Of a DNA stretch of 64,000 bases, positions 57,291 through 64,000 are shown one piece after another. Within the stretch, counting starts at the first letter, position 1. Each line of letters starts with the position of its first letter. Below the pieces are notes generated by a model. The model did not search any database. It was given only the letters and a program-made list of their open reading frames with translations, and was not told where the DNA came from. Both the position numbers and the translations under genes were made by a program. The stretch covers positions 3,411 to 67,410 of the forward strand of contig CAZPMS010000005.1 of assembly GCA_964588165.1 (NCBI GenBank). Direction: 5' to 3'. Origin of the DNA: an uncultured Gammaproteobacteria bacterium. GTDB lineage: Bacteria; Patescibacteriota; Patescibacteriia; UBA1558; UBA10009.

Positions 57291-58162
57291 AAATCATTGG
57301 GAATTAAAAAATCTGTATAAATTCCGTAAATCCGGTTATATTTAAATATGTTCTTATTATTTATAGAATAAACAAAGATTGGTGTGTTAAGCTGGTCTAG
57401 GCCATCAACTAAAACATTGTCTACAATACTTACAGGTAACGCTATGGCTGAAATAGGATATTGCTGAATAAATTTATTCAAACTTTCTGTTGAATAGTTT
57501 CTTTTATATAAAGAAAGGATTATTTTATCAAAACCTAGTTTTCTGGCCTTATAATACTGGCTAAAACTAAAAATTTGTGGAATAAACTTACTTTTATAAT
57601 CTAAAGCCCGAAGGCTAATTTCCTTTAAAATTTTAATATTATTTAAAATGCTTGTATCTGTAATAATATATACATCTGGCTTATCTTTTAACCAATCTAC
57701 TAATTGGCTTAAACTTATTTGTGTCAAATTATTAACCATTTTAAGATCTTCAAACTCCGATAGGCTCAATCTGCCAGGCTTAGCAGAAAATAATCTTTCC
57801 ATACTTTTGTTCCAGTCGTGGATTAGAACCAATTTATCATCAGAAGTCCATTCAAAATCTACTTCTATAAATTTAAATCCATTTTGATAACTCTTTTCTA
57901 AAGCTTCTAAAGAATTGGAATAGGTTAACCCATCTATAGCTCCTCCGGCATGTGCCACAAGCTCATCTATTTCAAAATTACTATCAAAATTATTAAAAGC
58001 ATCTATGTCCTTAAGACTAAGATAAGTTAATTCTAACTTCTCAAAAAAATATTTATTAAGCGAAAAAAAATCAAATTTAAAGCTGGTGGCAAAAATTGTA
58101 AATAAAACCAATAAAAGAAGAAGAAACAAATTTATTCTATGCACAAAACCACTAATAGGCAT
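57287..58162 (-). CDS. Glycerophosphodiester phosphodiesterase / PI-PLC-X-like phosphodiesterase domain protein
   Basis: LVAHAGGAIDGLTYSNSLEALEKSYQNGFKFIEVDFEWTSDDKLVLIHDW fits the GDPD-like TIM-barrel N-terminal signature. Confidence 0.5.
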   Translation of the reverse strand: MPISGFVHRINLFLLLLLVLFTIFATSFKFDFFSLNKYFFEKLELTYLSLKDIDAFNNFDSNFEIDELVAHAGGAIDGLTYSNSLEALEKSYQNGFKFIEVDFEWTSDDKLVLIHDWNKSMERLFSAKPGRLSLSEFEDLKMVNNLTQISLSQLVDWLKDKPDVYIITDTSILNNIKILKEISLRALDYKSKFIPQIFSFSQYYKARKLGFDKIILSLYKRNYSTESLNKFIQQYPISAIALPVSIVDNVLVDGLDQLNTPIFVYSINNKNIFKYNRIYGIYTDFLIPNDL

Positions 58163-58169
58163 TTTAAAA

Positions 58170-59750
58170 TTAAATTACCTGATAAATTATAGCCTCGCTA
58201 TCCTCATAAACTTTTTCAAAATCCAGATGGTACCGCAATAGGCGGTTTAAATCTACGTGCTGTTTGTCTAAAAATATATAGTCCGCTTTAAAATCCTCTT
58301 TTACTATTTGTTTTAATTGTTGGTATTGCTTGCCTAAAGATACATCAACATAAAGCCAATATTTATTGCGGTCATTTTCAAACATAAAAGTCGGATCCAG
58401 GCCGGTTAGATATAAATTATGGCTGTTGTGATAAAAAAGTGAAGGGAAATCATCCCAATCGGCATTAAATACTATGGTGCCAGGTGGAGTATTAAGCCTT
58501 AGCCACTCTGCAGACTTTTGATAATGGCTTAAATTCCAACCTCCTTGCATATCTTTTTTTACGGCAATTAAATCGCTGGGAATTTGTAAAATAAAAACTG
58601 CTCCCAAAACCAAAAATATAATTCCGAAAAAGGCTTGCCAGCCAATATTCATTAAAACGCCTAAGCGGAACCTGGAAAGTTTTTTTAAGTAATCACTAAA
58701 ACTAAAGGCTGAAAAAAATATAACGATAGGTATAAAAAATTCAATATTTCTTCTTGATTTCAAAGTAAAAACTAAAAAAATAATGGCTAAAACTGCCCAA
58801 ACCCAAGAATAGATTGAAGATTTCCTAAAAGTTAATATAAATAATAAAATACTTATTACCAGCAAAGCACAGGCTAAGGGCGCATCTGAAATTAAATTCC
58901 AAAAACCATAAGGGTACCATTCTCCGCCAACACCAATAATATTCTGGTAGTTAACTAAAGCTATCTTAACTATCTGCTGCCAATAAAAATCTAAATTTTG
59001 GGGAAAATATGGGTTTATAATAATGCCCCCAGCCAAACCTAAAATAACATAGCCAAAGCCTTGATAAAAAATGGTTTTCTTTTTTACTCTAAAGACATTT
59101 TTTATTTTAAACCAAATTGATTCTTCCAGCTTCAATTTTTCTAAAATCCAAGAAATAAAAACATAGGCTATTGCCATTAGTAAAATTAAAGGCCATCCCC
59201 CATAAAGCCAAACTGAAAAAAAAGAAATTAATGTCAACCACAGCCATTTTTGATGGGTTAAAAAATAAAATGCCAATAAAAAGAAAATTAAAAAAACAGC
59301 CGGAGCCTTAACCAAACTTGCCCTAAAAAGCCATGGCTGGCTGACTAATAAAAAAATTATAAAAAGAAACGGAGCCTTAATTTGAAATTTTTTAAATATC
59401 CAATAAATTATTAAAACCAATAAAGATGCAAAAAATACGGTAGCTAATTTTACGCCTATCAGGGGATCTGTTATTTTAACAAAGGGCACCAATAGTAAAT
59501 GGTATAGGAAATGATGGTCTACATAATTATTTTTTAAATCAGTTTCCTGAAGCCAAGGGAATTGATGCAATATCTCCCCCTCACTTAAAAACGTTGCCAC
59601 TTTAGCGTGGTAAAAAGAGTCCGGTTCAGGCAAAGTAGGGCTGGCCTGGAGCCAAGAAAACAAAACCAGAGCAATTGTAAAAACTAAAAAATAATCAAAA
59701 AAATATTTCCTGTTTATTTTTCTACAAAATGACCAAAAGTCTTTAAACAT
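58170..59750 (-). CDS. Large polytopic membrane protein, function unknown (possible GT-C-like)
   Basis: 526 aa with about 13 TM helices. Confidence 0.45.
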   Translation of the reverse strand: MFKDFWSFCRKINRKYFFDYFLVFTIALVLFSWLQASPTLPEPDSFYHAKVATFLSEGEILHQFPWLQETDLKNNYVDHHFLYHLLLVPFVKITDPLIGVKLATVFFASLLVLIIYWIFKKFQIKAPFLFIIFLLVSQPWLFRASLVKAPAVFLIFFLLAFYFLTHQKWLWLTLISFFSVWLYGGWPLILLMAIAYVFISWILEKLKLEESIWFKIKNVFRVKKKTIFYQGFGYVILGLAGGIIINPYFPQNLDFYWQQIVKIALVNYQNIIGVGGEWYPYGFWNLISDAPLACALLVISILLFILTFRKSSIYSWVWAVLAIIFLVFTLKSRRNIEFFIPIVIFFSAFSFSDYLKKLSRFRLGVLMNIGWQAFFGIIFLVLGAVFILQIPSDLIAVKKDMQGGWNLSHYQKSAEWLRLNTPPGTIVFNADWDDFPSLFYHNSHNLYLTGLDPTFMFENDRNKYWLYVDVSLGKQYQQLKQIVKEDFKADYIFLDKQHVDLNRLLRYHLDFEKVYEDSEAIIYQVI

Positions 59751-59829
59751 ATGCCTATTTTACCTTATTTTGGGGCAAAAATAAAGAAAAATCCGCTGGT
59801 TTGGCGGATTAATATTTAGCTAAATATTT

Positions 59830-60852
59830 TTATTTTTTCAATTTTCTTTTAAAATAATTCACCCAGGGAACTTGATTGGGGTTAACTTGATTATTTTTTG
59901 CTAATTGATATGAAAGTAAGCTGCCTAAAATTAACATTTCCACTGATTGTTCCAGTTTATTGCCTAAAAATTCCATGTGTTGGTATTTTATTTTCTGTTT
60001 AGCTAAAACCTCCTCAGTTATTTTAAACCGTTTTTGATTCCTTAAATGGTAATCGGTTGAATTAAAGAAAAGAAAATATAAACTTTGGCGGTTAGATTTA
60101 GGAAAAGTTAAACCCTCCAACAAATGATGGTTAAGTTCAGGAATAGGATAATACAATGTGGTTTGTTTGGCTGACTCATTTATTTGATTAGCCATTATGT
60201 GGGCATTGCCCAATAAATGCTCGGCAGAAATTATTACCGGAATCTTGCCTGATAACTTTTTAGCCAACTGATTTACCAAGGCTCTTTTTGTATTTTTTTT
60301 ATAATTATCTTCGGTTGATTTTCTAAATTGGTTGATTTGAGTGGCTGAAATTTTAATTTTTCCGATTTTCTTAAGTACAGCCAAAATTGAACCTATAAAA
60401 TAGCCAGTTCCCATTCTGGGTTGGCCCGAAGGGTTATTAATGGGATCAAATTTATACAGTGGCCAGTTATTCCTTTTGGCCATAGTTGCCAGTTGGCCAC
60501 CCGAGGTGATAACTACAACCTTACATTTAAGTTTCTTAGCCTGCTTGCCAGCTGATAAAACTTCCTCAGTTGATCCTGAATAACTTAATAAAAAAACCAA
60601 AGTTTTGCTGTCCACAAACTTTGGCAGATTATAATCTCTTACTTGGCTGATAGATGATTTTATTTCCTGGCCAAAAAGGTTGCTAACTAAATCAACCGGT
60701 AATTGTGAGCCGCCCATACCACAAGTAACAATTCTATTTATTGACCGGTAAGTTTTAGGTAATTTGATTTGTCCAGCCTCTTTAAATGACTGTTTTACCT
60801 GTTCACCAAGTAGCCTAATTGATTCTAGGTAGTTTTTTTCCGCTTTCTTCAT
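59830..60852 (-). CDS. Bifunctional phosphoglucose/phosphomannose isomerase (SIS domain)
   Basis: ITCGMGGSQLPVD ... FLLSYSGSTEEVL ... VVVITSGGQL, the archaeal-type PGI/PMI pattern. Confidence 0.6.
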   Translation of the reverse strand: MKKAEKNYLESIRLLGEQVKQSFKEAGQIKLPKTYRSINRIVTCGMGGSQLPVDLVSNLFGQEIKSSISQVRDYNLPKFVDSKTLVFLLSYSGSTEEVLSAGKQAKKLKCKVVVITSGGQLATMAKRNNWPLYKFDPINNPSGQPRMGTGYFIGSILAVLKKIGKIKISATQINQFRKSTEDNYKKNTKRALVNQLAKKLSGKIPVIISAEHLLGNAHIMANQINESAKQTTLYYPIPELNHHLLEGLTFPKSNRQSLYFLFFNSTDYHLRNQKRFKITEEVLAKQKIKYQHMEFLGNKLEQSVEMLILGSLLSYQLAKNNQVNPNQVPWVNYFKRKLKK

Positions 60853-60908
60853 AAAATTATTATATCAGAATTAATGTTTTTTTACCAAAGAAAAAACCAC
60901 TGAAAATT

Positions 60909-61190
60909 TCAGTGGCCCATAGCTTTTGTGGTACTTCGACCCTTTGCAGCCAGTTCAAAAAAACGATGCAGTAAAACAGCAATAACAATAGCTACCAAGA
61001 AAGGCCCCACATACAATGCTTCGTTTTGTACTTTATCTGGCAGCTTCAAACAAATACTTATTGTAAAAGGCCAGATTAATAAAAAATTGATAACAGTCGG
61101 CCATATAGGGGCTTTCTTTTTAACCCTAGAAATTATTAAGCCGACAACTACTAATACACCGATCAAAATCAAAGGGATGTAGAAAAGCAT
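60909..61190 (-). CDS. Small membrane protein (93 aa), unknown
   Basis: Three predicted TM helices. Confidence 0.4.
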   Translation of the reverse strand: MLFYIPLILIGVLVVVGLIISRVKKKAPIWPTVINFLLIWPFTISICLKLPDKVQNEALYVGPFLVAIVIAVLLHRFFELAAKGRSTTKAMGH

Positions 61191-61313
61191 TTTCTCCTCC
61201 TTGGATCTGGTTGTAAATTACGTTTATACTATAAATTAACCATAAATAGCTAATTTGTCAGAAAAAATTCCTTGATTTCTCAACCCAAAAAAGTTAAAAT
61301 AGATACGTTTAAT

Positions 61314-61395
61314 AAGGATGCTAAAATGTCAGTTTTAAAATTATTACAACTTTAACTGACATCCTAATTTCCTGGTATCCTAACCTCCTAACTCT
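61314..61395 (+). promoter_or_regulatory. Conserved promoter/leader module, copy 3 (extended -10 TGcTAAAAT, 9-bp hairpin ATGTCAGTT/AACTGACAT, then CATCCTAATTTCCT and TATCCTAACCTCCT boxes before the yebC ATG)
   Basis: aAGGATGCTAAAATGTCAGTTTT...AACTGACATCCTAATTTCCTGGTATCCTAACCTCCTaactctATG. Confidence 0.5.
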
Positions 61396-62100
61396 ATGTC
61401 AGGACATAATAAATGGTCAAAAATTAAAAGAAAAAAGGGCATAGCTGATGCCAAGAGGTCGGCCAATTTTACCAAACTTGCCAACATAATTTCCGTAGCT
61501 GCCAGGGGAGGCAGTGATCCGGAAATGAATTTTAAATTAAGAATGGCTATTGATAAAGCCAAATCTTTTTCCTTACCAAAAGAAAATATAGAACGGGCCA
61601 TAAAACGTGGCGCCGGCGAGTTGGGAGGCAACCAGATTGAAGAAATGGTTTACGAAGGCTTTGGCCCGGAAGGCATCGCCTTAATAATTGAAGTGGTTAC
61701 CGATAATAAAAACCGGGCTTCAGCTGATGTTAAACATATTGTTTCCAAATACGGTGGTAACTTAGGCGGGCCTGGCGCTACTATGTGGATGTTTAACCAA
61801 AAAGGCGTTATTGCTTTAGATAAAAAAGAACTGGCCGATGATGAACAGTTGGAACTGATTGACACCGGAGCAGAAGATATAGAAACTGACGATGGAGTAA
61901 CAGTTTATACTTCAATTGAAAAATTTGAAACAATAAAAAGGAAGATTGATAAAATGGGCTTGCCTATTTTAGAATCTAATCTGGAATATGTGGCTAAAGA
62001 TTTAGTTAAGCCAGAAAAAGATAGCAGCCTCTTAAAACTTTTTGAAGCTTTAGATGAGTGTGATGATGTAAGTAATTTTTATTCTAATGCCGATCTCTAA
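61396..62100 (+). CDS. yebC: YebC/PmpR-family transcriptional regulator
   Basis: MSGHNKWSKIKRKKG is the canonical N-terminus, and length and architecture fit the family. Confidence 0.85.
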   Translation: MSGHNKWSKIKRKKGIADAKRSANFTKLANIISVAARGGSDPEMNFKLRMAIDKAKSFSLPKENIERAIKRGAGELGGNQIEEMVYEGFGPEGIALIIEVVTDNKNRASADVKHIVSKYGGNLGGPGATMWMFNQKGVIALDKKELADDEQLELIDTGAEDIETDDGVTVYTSIEKFETIKRKIDKMGLPILESNLEYVAKDLVKPEKDSSLLKLFEALDECDDVSNFYSNADL

Positions 62101-62572
62101 AAAACAAATTATTTTAGGAATAGATCCTGGCTTAGCCGATACTGGCTATGGAGTTATTGAAAAATTCGGACAAAACTTAAAAATGATAACTTGTGGCAGC
62201 ATTAAAACTTCAGCCAAAGATAATTTTGTTGACCGCCTGAATCAAATCCATAAAGAATTAGTAAAAATAATCAAAAAATATAAACCCGATATAGTTAGCG
62301 TAGAACAACTATTTTTTTGTAAAAATGTAAAAACCGCCCTATTGGTTGGCCAAGCCCGTGGTGTTTGTTTAATGACCATAGCCGAAAATAACCTGCCTAT
62401 TTATGAATACACCCCCCTGCAGGTTAAACAAGCTTTAACTTCTTACGGTAAGGCAGATAAAAATCAAGTTGGGCAAATGGTAAAAATTTTGCTAAAATTA
62501 AGTAAAATTCCCAAACCGGACGATGCCGCTGATGCCTTAGCAGTAGCTATTACCTGCGCCAATTCAACCTAG
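62087..62572 (+). CDS. ruvC: Crossover junction endodeoxyribonuclease RuvC
   Basis: ILGIDPGLADTGYGVI with catalytic acidic residues. Overlaps the yebC 3' end, as in the typical yebC-ruvC operon. Confidence 0.9.
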   Translation: MPISKKQIILGIDPGLADTGYGVIEKFGQNLKMITCGSIKTSAKDNFVDRLNQIHKELVKIIKKYKPDIVSVEQLFFCKNVKTALLVGQARGVCLMTIAENNLPIYEYTPLQVKQALTSYGKADKNQVGQMVKILLKLSKIPKPDDAADALAVAITCANST

Positions 62573-62595
62573 ATAAAATCCTTATTTTAAATTTA

Positions 62596-63717
62596 ATGGA
62601 AGAAGCTGAACCGTTATTAAACAACAGTTCTACCAAAATAGTGCAAACTATTCTTAAAATAATCGGTTTGATTGTTGTTCTTTATATCTTCCTTTTAAGC
62701 ATCCAAATGATGGGTGCTTCTTTTAAGCTGTTCGGCAAGGATTTGGCTGAATCCATGATGGCCATGACTTCTAACCCTTTTGTGGGTTTATTTATAGGTA
62801 TTTTGGCCACCAGCTTAATTCAAAGCTCATCAACCACCACTTCACTTATTGTTGGCTTGGTTGCCGGCGGAGCCATACCTCTGGGCAACGCCATACCTAT
62901 GATTATGGGTGCCAATGTCGGAACCTCTATCACCAATACCATTGTAAGTTTGGGCCATATTACCAGGCGAGAAGAATTTAAAAGAGCCTTTGCAGGTTCT
63001 ATAGTCCATGATTTTTTTAATTTATTAGCGGTTCTAATCCTTTTCCCTCTAGAATTAATCTTTCATCCTTTAGAAAAAATTGCCTTGTGGTTGACAGGGA
63101 TATTTATGAATGTTGGCGGCTTTACTTTTGTTTCACCAGTTAAAACCATCTTAAACCCAGCGCTCCACTTTTTAAAAGATAATATTACTTCACCCGCCTT
63201 ACTGTTAATTATTTCATTGGTTGCTCTTTTCTTTTCACTAACTTTTTTAGTAAGGTTGATGAAATCATTAATTATCGGCCGAATTGAAGTTATTGTTGAT
63301 AGTTACTTATTTAGAAATATTTCAACTGCCTTTTTACTGGGCATTATTATCACGGCAGTTTTACAAAGTAGCTCTGTTACTACCTCTTTGATTATTCCTA
63401 TGGTGGGAGCAGGAATTTTAACCGTAAGAAAAATCTATCCGTATACTTTGGGAGCTAACATAGGAACCACCATTACGGCTATTTTGGCCGCTTTAATAAC
63501 TACAGCGCCCGAAGCAATTTCAGTAGCTTTTAGCCATTTAATGTTTAATATTTTAGGTATAGTTGTAGTTACTATTTTATTAAGAGACCTGCCCATTAAA
63601 TTAGCCGAAAAAATATCCGAAATATGTTCCCATAAAAGAAGATTTGCCTTCCTTTATGTGGCTATTGCTTTTTTTATAATTCCTTTAATATTAATAACCA
63701 TAACCAAAAATATATGA
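62596..63717 (+). CDS. Na/Pi-cotransporter family protein (NptA-like)
   Basis: 373 aa, polytopic, with two internal repeats carrying ...GANVGTSITNT... / ...GANIGTTITA... motifs. Confidence 0.6.
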   Translation: MEEAEPLLNNSSTKIVQTILKIIGLIVVLYIFLLSIQMMGASFKLFGKDLAESMMAMTSNPFVGLFIGILATSLIQSSSTTTSLIVGLVAGGAIPLGNAIPMIMGANVGTSITNTIVSLGHITRREEFKRAFAGSIVHDFFNLLAVLILFPLELIFHPLEKIALWLTGIFMNVGGFTFVSPVKTILNPALHFLKDNITSPALLLIISLVALFFSLTFLVRLMKSLIIGRIEVIVDSYLFRNISTAFLLGIIITAVLQSSSVTTSLIIPMVGAGILTVRKIYPYTLGANIGTTITAILAALITTAPEAISVAFSHLMFNILGIVVVTILLRDLPIKLAEKISEICSHKRRFAFLYVAIAFFIIPLILITITKNI

Positions 63718-64000
63718 GTATATTTGATATTTTCACCAAAGAAACATTACTTAAACAAGTGGTTACTGAAATAGACCAAATGTTTAACAAAAACAAAAAA
63801 ATGTTTGAGTCGGTAACTAATTTTTTGTTTGAAGGAAAAGAAGTAAAACTGGATATTGGCAAAGAAGATAAAAAGCTAAATGTTTTTGAGATTCAAATAA
63901 GAAAAAAGGTGTTTGAACATCTTTCTATGAACCCTAAAAAAGATCTGGCTTTTTCTTTAATTATTATTGATGTAGCTAGGGATATTGAAAGGGTGGGAGA
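63714..64000 (+). CDS. PhoU-domain protein (3' end truncated by window edge)
   Basis: ATGA start/stop overlap with the cotransporter gene. Ends ...IIIDVARDIERVGD, the PhoU helix signature. Confidence 0.5.
   Translation, partial: MSIFDIFTKETLLKQVVTEIDQMFNKNKKMFESVTNFLFEGKEVKLDIGKEDKKLNVFEIQIRKKVFEHLSMNPKKDLAFSLIIIDVARDIERVG

Overview
This 64-kb window reads as chromosomal DNA from a small, low-GC bacterium (roughly mid-30s % GC by eye). Most housekeeping genes lack a Shine-Dalgarno sequence, there are many small membrane or secreted proteins, and TGA is a stop codon (several ATGA start/stop overlaps), so translation uses the standard table 11. The gene content and style suggest a Candidate Phyla Radiation / Patescibacteria-type organism; that is inference only.

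The core content is ordinary housekeeping. It includes a partial purine nucleoside phosphorylase, an alkyltransferase-like (ATL) protein, polA, holA, rpsT, a type IV pilin, a RibL-like cytidylyltransferase fused to TruB, uvrB, ruvA and a FemAB-family protein. It continues with a sugar-phosphate nucleotidyltransferase, a DUF1003 protein, a MurE-like ligase, an IS200-like Y1 transposase, rpoB, rpoC and a secreted esterase. Further on are a TrmB-like regulator, a DUF296 protein, a NUDIX hydrolase, ftsK, a RodZ-like protein, recA, a Wzx-like flippase and a Wzy/WaaL-like O-antigen ligase. The last part holds an inositol monophosphatase, an AlkD-like repair protein, galU, a sugar-binding ABC lipoprotein, a cell-envelope and glycosylation membrane-protein cluster, a PGI/PMI isomerase, yebC, ruvC, a Na/Pi cotransporter and a partial PhoU-like gene. 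There are two tRNAs, tRNA-Cys(GCA) on the minus strand and tRNA-Ser(CGA) on the plus strand. I found no rRNA and no CRISPR array.

The most striking feature is a tandem array of 11 paralogous genes at about 46.5-52.6 kb. Each encodes a small secreted protein with a signal peptide and two transmembrane helices, the topology of VirB2/TrbC-type pilins. They share a conserved core of the form YxG.(Q/K)WM(T/A)(A/S)GGNEE(K)(V/I).KA(K/R). and have hypervariable ectodomains. Four of them carry cysteine-rich extracellular C-terminal modules.

Other notable signals are listed below.
- A conserved extended -10 promoter plus pyrimidine-rich leader (containing the anti-SD-like CCTAACCTCCT) is reused upstream of rpoC, yebC and the DUF1003 gene.
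- A roughly 130-bp element with an embedded perfect 8-4-8 palindrome occurs next to both polA and uvrB.
- A three-gene cassette of GC-richer orphan ORFs has strong SD sequences, reiterated terminator and leader modules, and a TTGGCTA-N4-TAGCCAA operator-like palindrome next to a divergent TrmB-like regulator.
- In-frame triplicated heptamer repeats recur in unrelated conserved genes.
- Duplicated small-membrane-gene modules carry a promoter embedded in the flippase 3' end.
- An IS200-like element sits immediately upstream of the rpoB promoters.

Coordinates of the small motifs were counted by hand and may be off by 1-2 nt.
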